The notes: generated by a model from the letters alone, not told the origin. A stretch of DNA of 64,000 nucleotides from Limnothrix sp. BL-A-16 (GCA_041937175.2 CP166615.1:64001-128000); one strand, 5' to 3'. Numbered from the stretch's first letter, positions 18,863 through 29,249 are shown. Numbers and translations are program-made.

Positions 18863-21800
18863 ATGTTTGATTCGCGGCCCACGGGCTTTAGTCTCAGCGC
18901 CCTATCGATCCGTCGTCACATTGCCACCTTGATGTTGGCGGTGGCGGCGATCGTCCTCGGGGGCTTTTTTGTCAGCACCATGCAAGTGGACTTGCTGCCC
19001 TCCATCACCTATCCCCGGATTGGCCTGCGGGCCGATGCGCCGGGCGTGTCGCCGGAAGTGGCGATCGATGAAATCACCCGTCCCCTGGAGGAGGCCCTGT
19101 CAGCCACCGAAGGCGTGGTGCAGGTTTATTCCCAAACGCGAGAGGGCAGCATCAGCCTGGACTTATATTTCCAGCCGGGCGGCAACCTAGACCAGGCCCT
19201 GAATGATGCAACGGCGGCCTTTAACCGGGCCCGGGGCCGGCTGCCGGACGCGGTGGAAAATGCGCGGCTGTTCAAGTTTGACCCCTCTCAGTTGCCGGTG
19301 TATGAGCTGGCGGTGACCTCGCCCACCCAATCCCCTGCCCAGTTGCGGGTGTTTGCCGATGAGGAACTCTCGCGCGAGCTGAATGTGGTGGATGGGGTGG
19401 CCTCGGTGGATGTGTCCGGCGGGGTGGAAGAGGAAGTGCGAATCACGCTGGATCTGCAACGGCTCCAGGCGATCGGGCTAGATCTGCAAACGGTGTTGGA
19501 TGGCTTGAGCGATCGCAACCAAGATATTTCCGGCGGCCGGATTTATGCCCCCGATGGGGAACCCCTGACCCGGGCCACGGGCCGGTTTCGCAGTGCGGCT
19601 GAGTTAGCCCAATTGCCCTTTGTGGTGCGGAATGGCAACGGCAGCGCCCCCACCCAAACGGTGACCCTCAGCGACTTTGCCACGGTGGTGGATGGCACGG
19701 CGGAGCAACGGGTGGAAGTGCGCCTGAATGGTCAGCCGTCGGTGAAGCTGAGTGTGCAAAAGCAGCCCGATGCCAACTCGATCGCCGTGGTGGCCGCCGT
19801 CAAACAGCGGCTTCAGGAACTGGCGGCCAATGGCACAATTCCGGGGGATGTGACCCTGTTGCCCACCTTGGACGAGTCGGTGTTCATTCAAAATGCCGTC
19901 TCCAACGTGATGTCCTCGGGCTTGATGGGGACGGGGCTGGCGGCCTTTGCGGTCTTTATCTTTTTGGGATCTCTGCGCCAAACCCTGATTGTGTCGATCT
20001 CGATTCCGCTGGCCACCTTGGCGGCGGTGATTTTGATGCGGTTTTGGGGCCTGACGATCAATGTTTTCAGCTTGGGGGGTTTGGCCCTCGGGGTGGGGAT
20101 TGTGGTCGATAACTCGATCGTGATGATGGAAGCGATCGTGGAAGGAACCCGCACCAATGGCCGAGAGGTGGAGCCAGCGGAAGTGGTCGATCGGGCGATC
20201 GCCAGCAGCCAAGCGGTGGAGTCGGCCCTGTTGGCTTCCACAAGCACCAACCTGGTGGCCGTGTTGCCCTTTTTGTTCATCGGCGGGTTCATCGCCCTGC
20301 TGTTTAATGAACTGATTTTGACCATCAGCTTTGCGGTGGCGGCCTCGATTTTGGTAGCGGCCACGGTGGTGCCGTCCATGGCGGCGCGGTTGCTGGCGGT
20401 GCGTTGGTCGAGCGGGGTGGGCCGTTGGTGGCCCCTGCGGGCGTTCGATCGCTGGATGGATGGGGTGATGGTCAACTATGGCCGGCTGCTAGGCGGGCTA
20501 ATGCGGGTGCGGCTGTTGGTGGTGTTGGTCATCGCCACGGCCCTCACGGTTAGCAGCCTGTCGGTGATTGGCTACATTCCCCAAGAAATCCTGCCGCGCA
20601 TTGCCACGGGCCAAGCGCAATTGGTGGCCATCTTTCCACCCAGCACCACCCTGGAAACCAATCGCCAGGTGATGGAACGGGTTGACCAAATTCTGCGCCA
20701 ACAGCCAGAAACGGAATACGCCTTCACCACGATCGGGGGATCCCTTTTTGGCAGCAACACCAACGAAAACCCCCTGCGCAGCACCAGCACCATCACCCTG
20801 AAACCGGGTGCCGATGTGGAAGCCTATGTGGAGCGGGTGAATGGGCAACTCCGGAAGCTGAATTTGGTGGATATTCGTCTGCGGTTGCGTCCCGGGGAAG
20901 TGCGGGGCTTGATTTTGAATAACTCGCCCGTGCGGGGGGCGGAGTTGGATGTGATTTTGCAAGGGAACGATCCGGCGGCCCTGGCGCGGGCCGGGCGGCA
21001 GGTGCTGACGGCCCTCGATGAGCAGGCCACGCTGGCGGCCTTTCGACCCGACGGCGATCGCCCGCAGCCGGAGGTGCAAATTCGCCCGGATCCCACCCGT
21101 TTGGCCGATCTCGATCTGGACATCACCGACATTGGCCAGGCGATCGAAACGGCGATCCAAGGCTCCGTGCCCACCCAATTGCAGCGGGGGAACCGGTTGG
21201 TTGATGTGCGCGTGCGGCTCGATCGCGCCGCCATCAGCAATCCCTCCCAACTGCTAGACCTGCCCCTGTTTGCCGGGGCCGATCGGCTCGTGCGCTTAGG
21301 CGAAGTGGCCAGCCTCGACAACGCCCAAGCCCCCAGCGAAATTCAGCGAATTAACCAGCGATCGGTGTTTTTGGTGGCCGGGAACCTGAATCCCGGAGCC
21401 AGCCTCAGCGATGCCCTCGCGGAAGTGGATCAAATCCTCAGCAAGCTGGAATTGCCTGCGGGGGTAACCCGGTTGCCCAGCCCCGCCGCCGAAAGCAATC
21501 GCCAAATCCAAGGAGCCTTGCCCCTGTTGGGTGGTTTGGCGGCCTTCCTGGTGTTTGTGGTGATGGCGGTGCAATACAACTCCCTAATTGACCCGCTGGT
21601 GATCATGTTTGCGATTCCCCTGGCCGTGGCCGGCGGGATTCTGGGTCTCTATTGGACGCAAACGGCGATCGGGGCCACGGTGGTGGTCGGTGCGGTGCTG
21701 CTGGTGGGAATTGTGGTGAACAACGCCATCATCATGGTGGAACTGGCGAACCAACTGCGTGAACAATACCAACTCACCCGCAAAGCCGCGATCGTCCAGG

Positions 21801-22159
21801 CCGCACCCCAGCGACTCCGCCCGATCCTGATGACCACGATCACCACGGTTTTGGGAATGTTGCCCATGGCCCTAGGGATGGGAGCCGGGGGAGAATTTCT
21901 GCAACCCTTGGGGATTGTGGTGTTTTCGGGGTTGTCTCTGGCCACGTTGCTGACCCTATTCTTGATCCCCTGCCTCTATGTGTTGATGCATGAGTGGGTC
22001 ACCTGGCCAGCAGCCTGGCTGAGCCGCCGACCCCGGGCGATCGCCCCGGTGATGGAAGGGCCCCTTGATGGCGAGCCAGAATTGGATCCGGTGACGGTTT
22101 CGATCGAACCGTCCGAGGCCGCCACAGCCGGAGACCGGCCGCCGGACTATACCCGTTAA
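18863..22159 (+). CDS. RND efflux permease (AcrB/AcrD/AcrF family)
   Basis: 1098 aa; GIVVDNSIV, GIVVNNAII, RLRPILMT. Confidence 0.96.
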   Translation: MFDSRPTGFSLSALSIRRHIATLMLAVAAIVLGGFFVSTMQVDLLPSITYPRIGLRADAPGVSPEVAIDEITRPLEEALSATEGVVQVYSQTREGSISLDLYFQPGGNLDQALNDATAAFNRARGRLPDAVENARLFKFDPSQLPVYELAVTSPTQSPAQLRVFADEELSRELNVVDGVASVDVSGGVEEEVRITLDLQRLQAIGLDLQTVLDGLSDRNQDISGGRIYAPDGEPLTRATGRFRSAAELAQLPFVVRNGNGSAPTQTVTLSDFATVVDGTAEQRVEVRLNGQPSVKLSVQKQPDANSIAVVAAVKQRLQELAANGTIPGDVTLLPTLDESVFIQNAVSNVMSSGLMGTGLAAFAVFIFLGSLRQTLIVSISIPLATLAAVILMRFWGLTINVFSLGGLALGVGIVVDNSIVMMEAIVEGTRTNGREVEPAEVVDRAIASSQAVESALLASTSTNLVAVLPFLFIGGFIALLFNELILTISFAVAASILVAATVVPSMAARLLAVRWSSGVGRWWPLRAFDRWMDGVMVNYGRLLGGLMRVRLLVVLVIATALTVSSLSVIGYIPQEILPRIATGQAQLVAIFPPSTTLETNRQVMERVDQILRQQPETEYAFTTIGGSLFGSNTNENPLRSTSTITLKPGADVEAYVERVNGQLRKLNLVDIRLRLRPGEVRGLILNNSPVRGAELDVILQGNDPAALARAGRQVLTALDEQATLAAFRPDGDRPQPEVQIRPDPTRLADLDLDITDIGQAIETAIQGSVPTQLQRGNRLVDVRVRLDRAAISNPSQLLDLPLFAGADRLVRLGEVASLDNAQAPSEIQRINQRSVFLVAGNLNPGASLSDALAEVDQILSKLELPAGVTRLPSPAAESNRQIQGALPLLGGLAAFLVFVVMAVQYNSLIDPLVIMFAIPLAVAGGILGLYWTQTAIGATVVVGAVLLVGIVVNNAIIMVELANQLREQYQLTRKAAIVQAAPQRLRPILMTTITTVLGMLPMALGMGAGGEFLQPLGIVVFSGLSLATLLTLFLIPCLYVLMHEWVTWPAAWLSRRPRAIAPVMEGPLDGEPELDPVTVSIEPSEAATAGDRPPDYTR

Positions 22160-22208
22160 ACTCAGAGATCAACGGCGATTGCAACAGCATTCTCTGGAGA
22201 TCTCGTCT

Positions 22209-23969
22209 ATGCCCACTTCCCTGCGCCGATCGCCCCCACTGCGATTTGGCCAGGCCCAGTCGATCGGGGCCGCTGCCACTGCGGCCCTGATTGTGCTTGT
22301 GGCAACCAGCGTGCTGGTCGGTTCCGAAAACCGCCAATTTCGCAGCCAGGAACGGGCCGCGGTACTCAGCAAACTCAGCACGGTTCGCGCCAAGCTCGAA
22401 GGCTATATCAACTCCCAACTGCTGCTGGCCGAGTCCTTGGCGGCCTATGTGGCCGCCAACCCCCAAGTAACCCAGGCGGAATTTGCCCGCATGGGTACGG
22501 TGCTGCTGGAAAAAAACAGCGGCATCCGCAGTGTCAACTTGGCTAAGAACTCTGTCATTAGCCATATTTACCCCTTACGGGGGAATGAGTTGGCCTTGGG
22601 ATTGAACTTGGTGGCCAAACCGGAGCAACGGGCCGCCGTGGAACGCGCCATTCAACAAAAGCGCTCCACCATTGCCGGCCCCGTGAAGTTGGTGCAAGGG
22701 GGAGTCGCTTTCATTAACCGCACCCCGGCTTTTGTGGTGGATCAACCGGGTTTGAACCCGTCACCGACCTACTGGGGGCTAGCCAGTGTGGTGGTGGATG
22801 AAATGGCGATCTATGAAGCGGCGGATTTGCCGAAAGTGAGCCAAGATTTGGCGCTTACCATTCGGGGCAAGGACGGCCTGGGAGAGCGGGGCGATGTGTT
22901 TTGGGGGCAGGCTCAGGTTTTTCAGCAGGATCCGGTGTTGGTGGGGGTGGCGATTCCCAATGGCACTTGGCAGTTGGCGGCAACTCCCCGATCGGGCTGG
23001 CGCGATCGATCCCCGATCGCGGGGGGGATTTGGCTGCTGGGCGGTGCGCTGTCGATCGGGGTGGGGGCGGTGGTTTGGAAGCTGATGGGCGAACCGACCC
23101 GCCTGCAACGGGCCGTTGACCAAGCCACGGCGGAGTTGCAAACGGCCCTACAGGATTTGCGCCAGGAAATGGACAACCGCCAGCAGGTGGAAGCGGCCTT
23201 GAGCAACAGCCAATTAGCCTTAACCAAAACCCAAGCGGAGTTAGAAATTGCCCATCGCTTACACAAAATGCTGCTGCCGCCCAAGAGCGAATTGGCGGCG
23301 ATCGAACCGTTAGAAATTGCCAGCTTCACGGCGGCAGCGGCGGAAGTGAGCGGTGATTATTACGATGTGATTTGTCAGGGCGATCACATCAAAATTGGCA
23401 TCGGTGATGTGACGGGCCATGGCCTAGAAAGCGGCCTCTTAATGCTGATGATTCAAATGGCAGCTCGCACCCTGCTGGCGGCCTGCGAGCACAACTCAGC
23501 CCGCTTTTTAAACACGATTAACCGTGCAATTTATGAAAATTTACAACGCATGAATTTGCACAAACATGCCACCTTGGCGCTGCTGGATTATCAAGGGGGG
23601 CGGCTGTGTTTAACGGGGCAACATGAGGAGGTGATTGTGGTCCGATCAAGCGGCACGATCGAACGATTTGACACGATGGATTTGGGCTTCCCGATCGGGA
23701 TTGAGCCGGATATTGCCCATTGGGTGCAGAAGGCCACCCTGGAACTTCAAGCGGGTGATGTGGTGGTGCTTTACACGGATGGCATCACGGAAGCCCAGGG
23801 CGATCGACAGACAGCCTACGGATTAGAGCGGCTTTGTTGGGTGGCTTGTCAGCAGCGCGATCGCCCAGCGGCCGAGATTTTGGAGGCGATTGTTGCTGAT
23901 TTACGAAGTCACCTCAATCACCAACAGCCTGAGGATGATATGACCCTGTTGGTGCTGAAGCAACGTTAG
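22209..23969 (+). CDS. CHASE-domain membrane sensor with SpoIIE/RsbU-type PP2C phosphatase
   Basis: TM-CHASE (AGPVKLVQGG)-TM-coiled coil; VSGDYYD, IGDVTGHG, YTDGITEA, EDDMT. Confidence 0.9.
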   Translation: MPTSLRRSPPLRFGQAQSIGAAATAALIVLVATSVLVGSENRQFRSQERAAVLSKLSTVRAKLEGYINSQLLLAESLAAYVAANPQVTQAEFARMGTVLLEKNSGIRSVNLAKNSVISHIYPLRGNELALGLNLVAKPEQRAAVERAIQQKRSTIAGPVKLVQGGVAFINRTPAFVVDQPGLNPSPTYWGLASVVVDEMAIYEAADLPKVSQDLALTIRGKDGLGERGDVFWGQAQVFQQDPVLVGVAIPNGTWQLAATPRSGWRDRSPIAGGIWLLGGALSIGVGAVVWKLMGEPTRLQRAVDQATAELQTALQDLRQEMDNRQQVEAALSNSQLALTKTQAELEIAHRLHKMLLPPKSELAAIEPLEIASFTAAAAEVSGDYYDVICQGDHIKIGIGDVTGHGLESGLLMLMIQMAARTLLAACEHNSARFLNTINRAIYENLQRMNLHKHATLALLDYQGGRLCLTGQHEEVIVVRSSGTIERFDTMDLGFPIGIEPDIAHWVQKATLELQAGDVVVLYTDGITEAQGDRQTAYGLERLCWVACQQRDRPAAEILEAIVADLRSHLNHQQPEDDMTLLVLKQR

Positions 23970-24004
23970 GATTCCTGTTAACAATCCAAACCCAAAATTC
24001 AGTC

Positions 24005-25150
24005 CTAAAAATCTACACCGCGCTTCAGATCCATGCCTTTTTCCGCATAGTGCTTGTGGCAAATCATCTCAGAATAAACGCTGGCTAGATTGAAGTAGGC
24101 CGGTGGATTCAGGCAACGGCCCGTGATGATAATTTCAGTGTCTTTGGGTTTGCGTAATAGGTCACGGGCGATCGCCTCCCCATCGAGCAATTCCAAATCA
24201 ACGGTGGGGTTGAGTTCATCCAGGACGATCGTTTTATATAACCCCGAGGCGATCGCCGCGCGGGCCAGTTCCCAACCGCGTTCTGCTTCGATGTAGTCCA
24301 GTTCCTGTTGCTGACCGCGCCAGACGATCGCATCGCGCCCAAACCGCAGATGATCCACCAGGCTGGGATAGCTCTGTTGCAGAGCGGCGATCGCGGCATC
24401 TTCGGTGTAGCCGCTGCCCCCTTTCAGCCATTGGGCAATCAGCACCCGGTGAGAGCTGTCCCGGCCAATGCCCCGTCCGATCGCCTGGAGCGCTTTGCCG
24501 AGGGCGCTGGTGGATTTGCCCTTGCCCGCGCCCGTGTAAATTTCAATGCCTTCAATGCCTTCCAAGTTCAGGTTGGGATCTAATTCCCGAGGGCGCATTT
24601 CCGAGTGCAAATCGGCAATGTCTAGCAGGGCCGTGGGGGCACTGCGGCCCGTGGCAATAATTTCCAACTCCGATGGCTTGTTTTTCAGGGTGCTGATCAC
24701 CTCGTCAAGATCCAGTAACCCCAAGTCCAAAACGGGGTTAATTTCATCCAACACAACGACGGAATATAGCCCCGAGGCGATCGCCCCTTTGGCCACGTCC
24801 CAACCCCGCTGGGCTTCCAGGCGATCGAACTTGGTCACACCTTCGGGCCCGAAATATTCCGATCGCCCTGTGCGTACCTGGTCAATCAGGTGGGGAAAGC
24901 CCCGCTGCAAGGCCGCGATCGCTGCGTCTTCGTCGTAGGGGCGATCGGGCCCCTTTAAAAACCGCAACAGTAAAACTCGGGTTTGCCAGTCGCTGTGGAT
25001 ACCCAAGCCAATCGATCGCAACACAACGCCCAAGGCCGCTTGCGATTTGCCTTTACCCGCGCCATCGTAGACGTGGATTTGCCCCAATTCCCGATCGTCG
25101 CGGGTCTGGGCTGTGCGAATACCAATGCCGTTTCGTGGTGCGGTTCTCAT
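24005..25150 (-). CDS. cobO: Cob(I)yrinic acid a,c-diamide adenosyltransferase, tandem two-domain form
   Basis: Two GAGKGKS P-loops, two VLDE motifs, terminal GVDF. Confidence 0.92.
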   Translation of the reverse strand: MRTAPRNGIGIRTAQTRDDRELGQIHVYDGAGKGKSQAALGVVLRSIGLGIHSDWQTRVLLLRFLKGPDRPYDEDAAIAALQRGFPHLIDQVRTGRSEYFGPEGVTKFDRLEAQRGWDVAKGAIASGLYSVVVLDEINPVLDLGLLDLDEVISTLKNKPSELEIIATGRSAPTALLDIADLHSEMRPRELDPNLNLEGIEGIEIYTGAGKGKSTSALGKALQAIGRGIGRDSSHRVLIAQWLKGGSGYTEDAAIAALQQSYPSLVDHLRFGRDAIVWRGQQQELDYIEAERGWELARAAIASGLYKTIVLDELNPTVDLELLDGEAIARDLLRKPKDTEIIITGRCLNPPAYFNLASVYSEMICHKHYAEKGMDLKRGVDF

Positions 25151-25269
25151 GCCGATGCTACAAACGTTGCTGAAGGTTACTGAAAAACCGGAATCTGAGC
25201 CATTGCTCAGGGGCCTGTGTCTGGTGCCGCTTGAGTCGTCAATGGGATAGGGAACAAGGCATCGCCCTA

Positions 25270-25397
25270 GGGCCTGTCGTGATCAGGCGGAAACGATTGA
25301 TTTTCCATGTCCCAGTCGTCGTAACAAGGGGCTTAAGCCCCTTTCCACGATCTGCTAACGGTGGCATCAGGGCTTCAGGTGATTTGACGACACGCCC
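25270..25397. mobile_element. Family-A MITE, single copy at a CTAG target
   Basis: cTA|GGGCCTGTCGT...ACGACACGCCC|TAg; central palindrome 25325-25344. Confidence 0.85.
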
Positions 25398-25625
25398 TAG
25401 GCTCCGGCTGCCGCTTTTCCCGCAGCGCCAGCGATGCAAACTGCCAGGCCATAATCCCAATGCCGCGCCCTCAGGATCTTAGACCGAAGCGCCCAGACCC
25501 GATCGCCCCGATCAGTTCGATCGGGATCCAACCACCCCCGATCGCTGAGAAGCTAGCCCGGTAAAATCAGCATTAACCGACCCCAACTCCCATCCTGCAA
25601 ACCCTGACAACCCCCGATCGCCCCT

Positions 25626-26207
25626 ATGCCTCTGATCTTGCCTTTGCCCACCGTTATTTTTCAGATTCTGTTTCTGTTCATCGCGATCGCCAGTGAAGCG
25701 GTGATCTTCAATCGGCTGGCGGGCATGAACCAGCGCCGCAGTGTGGAATATGCCGCCGCCATGGAACTGCTGGTGCTGTGCATGGGATGGGCTTGTTTCT
25801 TCACGGCCTATGAATTGTTTCCGCCTGCGATTCAAAACGATTTACAAGCGCTGATCTTGCAAGGCGTTTGGTCGAGTGAGCTAAATAATTGGTTATTAAT
25901 TGTTGTCCCGATCGTCTTTTTCCTGATCTTTGAACTGAAGTCGATCGCCGTTCAATTCCTAGACTTAATCTTGAAATATCCTGCCCCCGGTGCTGATTTA
26001 GGCATTCCGGAAGAGCCGGAAACCGAAACAACCCCCACCCTCACCATCACCATGCGCAAGCAGCTTCAGAGCTTTTTTCAGCGCTACCAATCCATTCAAA
26101 GTGAATTGGCCAAGAAAACAATTTTTTGGGGACATATTGCCAGCACCGGCATTGGCGCTTTGGTGATTGCCATTCAAAGTATTCTCTTCGCCCTTCGTCA
26201 GGCTTAG
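25626..26207 (+). CDS. fraC: Filament integrity protein FraC
   Basis: LP..VIFQILFLFIAIASEA..RRSVEYAA..GW N-terminus; first gene of a fraC-D-E arrangement. Confidence 0.8.
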   Translation: MPLILPLPTVIFQILFLFIAIASEAVIFNRLAGMNQRRSVEYAAAMELLVLCMGWACFFTAYELFPPAIQNDLQALILQGVWSSELNNWLLIVVPIVFFLIFELKSIAVQFLDLILKYPAPGADLGIPEEPETETTPTLTITMRKQLQSFFQRYQSIQSELAKKTIFWGHIASTGIGALVIAIQSILFALRQA

Positions 26208-26270
26208 GGTAATTCATCGAGTTCAAAGACAACCGTAAGTCCACCGTAATTTATAGGAAATTGACAGGCA

Positions 26271-26867
26271 ATGCTCAAAGAAATCAGCAGTGATTTTTGG
26301 AAAATTGTCCAACCCAGAAAAGCCTTTTCCTGGCAAACCTTGCTCTGGGTTAGCATTGGCTTTTTAATCTTGTCTGTGATGGCCCGCTTGGGAGCGAATA
26401 ACCTGGAGTTGCAGCGTACCTTTTCGGGGTTTAGTGCCTTGATGTTGGCCCTGTCTGGGGTGGTTTGGTCGATCGAACAAAAGCCAATTCAAATTCGAGG
26501 CGTTTCCCTCGGCCCTTGGATGGCCGGAGCCTTGTGCTCCCTGTTGCTCTATCGGTTCTTGGCGGATCCCAGCAGCGATCGCACCGATGCCCTGTACCTA
26601 GCTTGCTTAACCTTTCCGCTCAGTTCAATTACCATCAAAATTGTCCAAGACTTTCTCAGCAAGCCCACGGATTCTCGCTACAAAGTGCCAATCAAAGAGC
26701 GCATTCCTTTGGCCATGTGGTTGCTGGGACACTTTTTGCTAGCCTTTTGGATTCGGTTTGCTTTCATGATCCAATCCTGGATTGATCAGCATCCGGCCTT
26801 GAATAACAATGATGTCCGAGCCTATGCGGCGAGTATGTTTGTTTGGCCAGTCGATCTGTTCCAATAG
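26271..26867 (+). CDS. fraD: FraD/DUF5357 septal junction membrane protein, short form
   Basis: P.KAFSWQTL, SLGPWMAGAL, FWIRF...QSWIDQHP; position between fraC and fraE. Confidence 0.72.
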   Translation: MLKEISSDFWKIVQPRKAFSWQTLLWVSIGFLILSVMARLGANNLELQRTFSGFSALMLALSGVVWSIEQKPIQIRGVSLGPWMAGALCSLLLYRFLADPSSDRTDALYLACLTFPLSSITIKIVQDFLSKPTDSRYKVPIKERIPLAMWLLGHFLLAFWIRFAFMIQSWIDQHPALNNNDVRAYAASMFVWPVDLFQ

Positions 26868-27015
26868 CTCTGCTCCAATAGTGTTGATGGGGCTAATGAG
26901 CATTACTAATGATCATTAACAGAATCAAGGGTCAAGCGGTTTGGAATTAATCAGCATTGGATTGATCAAGGTCAAGTTTGTTAGCCTTGAATCTTCGTCT
27001 TGAATTCATTGGCTC

Positions 27016-27067
27016 TGGATTAGTTGATGTTGGATTAGTTGATGTTGGATTAGTTGGTGTTGGATTA
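27016..27067. repeat. Tandem repeat, about 3.5 x 15 bp (TGGATTAGTTGRTGT)
   Basis: Read directly. Confidence 0.9.
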
Positions 27068-27123
27068 ATCGGCTTTGCCCTTTCTATCTTGTAGTCACGT
27101 TGCGTTCAGAATTCGTCAGGAAC

Positions 27124-27942
27124 ATGGGTCAATTAACAGGTTGGCGAGCATTCTTGGCTGGGTTCAGTGGCCAGCGAATTTGGGCGATCGCCCACAATGC
27201 TTTTTTGGAGGCTTGGCGCGCCAAAATCGGCTATTTACTTTTGGTCTATGCCGTAGCCCTGGTGCTGGCGATCGCCCTAGTGCCCTTAATTTCCGCTGGT
27301 GATTCCGCTGGCAAAATCGTGCTCGATGGCTGTTTGGCCGCCACCAGTCTGCTGGGACTGTTGGTGACAATTTTGGTGGGCACAAGGCTGATCGATCGCG
27401 AAATTGAACGCCGCACCATTCTGCTCGCGATCGCCAAACCCCTCAGCCGCACAGAATTCATGCTGGGCAAACACTTGGGTCTGTCGATGTTGTTGGCGGC
27501 TTGGGTCACGGGGGCCACGCTGGTGCAAACGGTGGGCCTGTGGCTGTGGGGACGGGCCAGCTTTGAACTCAGCGCCATGGTGTTGACGGCCCTGTTTGCT
27601 TGGTTGGAACTGGTGTTGATTGCGGCGGTGACCCTGTTGCTGGGATCCTTCACCAGCCCCCTGCTGGCGGTTGTGCTGACCCTGGCGATTTACCTGATGG
27701 GCCACATCAGCCGCAACCTGCTGACGATCGGGATTCAGCTTCAAGATCCCCTGATGCAGCGGCTGACAGAAATTCTCTATCTAATCCTGCCGGATTTGGA
27801 GCGGTTTAACCTCAAAAACCTCGCCGTGTATGGCCTGATTCCCGAAGGGCATCTGTTGATCGGTGATGCGGTGTATGGGGTTTTATACGCTGTGCTGCTG
27901 TTGTGTGGGGCAATTTTTGCCTTTTCGCGCCGAGAGTTTTAA
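27124..27942 (+). CDS. fraE: ABC-2 type transporter permease, FraE-like
   Basis: REIERRTI..IAKPLSRTEFMLGKHLG, LPDLERFNLKN, FSRREF; synteny with fraCD. Confidence 0.8.
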   Translation: MGQLTGWRAFLAGFSGQRIWAIAHNAFLEAWRAKIGYLLLVYAVALVLAIALVPLISAGDSAGKIVLDGCLAATSLLGLLVTILVGTRLIDREIERRTILLAIAKPLSRTEFMLGKHLGLSMLLAAWVTGATLVQTVGLWLWGRASFELSAMVLTALFAWLELVLIAAVTLLLGSFTSPLLAVVLTLAIYLMGHISRNLLTIGIQLQDPLMQRLTEILYLILPDLERFNLKNLAVYGLIPEGHLLIGDAVYGVLYAVLLLCGAIFAFSRREF

Positions 27943-28074
27943 GAGGATGTCTGAGCAGTGGCTGGGGGAGCTTGCAAAGGTGCTAGTAGCCTTAGGAACA
28001 AGGGGCTTAAGCCCCTTGTCTGCGTTGATCAATCCAACTCACCAGGCGACAATTTGAGCTTTTCAGATATCCTC
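27943..28074. mobile_element. Family-B MITE starting immediately after the fraE stop codon
   Basis: TAA|GAGGATGTCTGA...TCAGATATCCTC|TAG; palindrome 27999-28018. Confidence 0.85.
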
Positions 28075-28258
28075 TAGCGGCCATCCTCCAGCTCAGGAGG
28101 CGATCGCCTATTCAACACATCCCCACGCGAATCGCCAATATACGCATACAGGACGAGAGACCTCGAGTTTTTCAAGAATCTCCCCTAAATCGATTGGAAA
28201 TGTGTACTTTCGGGAACCCTTTGGCTTATCCTGAAAACGACTTCGTTGCAAAATCCCT

Positions 28259-29104
28259 ATGACCGCCAACGCAACTTCCCGCCGTCCGCATCGCCGCTGG
28301 GCCTGGCCCCAGAACCTCTCCATTCCCTGGCAGGTGACGATCGGCTACATGTTGCTGCTGTTGCTGTTGCCCTTTGCGGCCATGTTCAGCAAAGCCAGCA
28401 CCCTCCCGATCGAGAGCTTCTGGGAAACGGCCACCGCCCCGATCGCCCTGGCCACCTACCAAGCCACCTTTTTAACGGCTTTTTTGGCCGCTGCGGTCAA
28501 TGGTCTGGCGGGGTTTATCGTTGCCTGGGTGCTGGAGCGCTACCAATTTCCCGGTAAGCGGCTGCTGGATGCGGCGATCGACCTGCCCTTCGCCCTGCCC
28601 ACCGCCGTCGCTGGCCTGACCCTGGCGACGGTTTACAGCGAAACGGGTTGGCTTGGCTCCCTGTTGGCTCCCTTCAAAATCCGCGTTTCCTTCACTATCA
28701 CTGGGGTTTGGGTAGCTATGCTCTTCATTTCCCTGCCCTTTGTGGTGCGCACTTTGCAGCCCGTGATTCGGGAAATTGAATCGGAACTGGAAGAAGCGGC
28801 CTGGAGCTTGGGGGCTTCCCCTTGGCAAACCTTCACCCGAGTGCTGTTGCCGCCCCTGTTGCCCGCCACCATCACAGGGGTAGCCCTGGGATTTGCCCGA
28901 TCGGTGGGGGAATTCGGCTCAGTAGTGCTGATTGCCAGCAACGTGCCTTTCCAAGATTTGGTCGCTTCCGTCTTGATTTTCCAAAAGCTGGAACAGTACG
29001 ACATCGAAGGAGCCACCGTCATTGGCACCACCATGCTGCTAATTTCCCTGGTCATGTTGTTGATCATTAACTTGCTGCAAGCTTGGGGTCGCCGCTACGA
29101 CTAG
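28259..29104 (+). CDS. cysT: Sulfate ABC transporter permease CysT
   Basis: DLPFALPTAVAGLTL, EEAAWSLGAS, GEFGSVV. Confidence 0.95.
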   Translation: MTANATSRRPHRRWAWPQNLSIPWQVTIGYMLLLLLLPFAAMFSKASTLPIESFWETATAPIALATYQATFLTAFLAAAVNGLAGFIVAWVLERYQFPGKRLLDAAIDLPFALPTAVAGLTLATVYSETGWLGSLLAPFKIRVSFTITGVWVAMLFISLPFVVRTLQPVIREIESELEEAAWSLGASPWQTFTRVLLPPLLPATITGVALGFARSVGEFGSVVLIASNVPFQDLVASVLIFQKLEQYDIEGATVIGTTMLLISLVMLLIINLLQAWGRRYD

Positions 29105-29249
29105 TTTTTTCCCAATGGAAGCGACCGCCGCAACCATCGCTCGCAGCCCTTCCACGATTAATCGTTAAAAGTGCGTCGCGCCTGCTGCCACCAGCCGCAC
29201 GCCACTCCTTCGTCAATCCACCTTTGCGAACTTTTCCCCGTCGGTCACC

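Noticed and set aside
24005..25150. Internal domain duplication in CobO
   Set aside because: The two-domain form is common in cyanobacteria.
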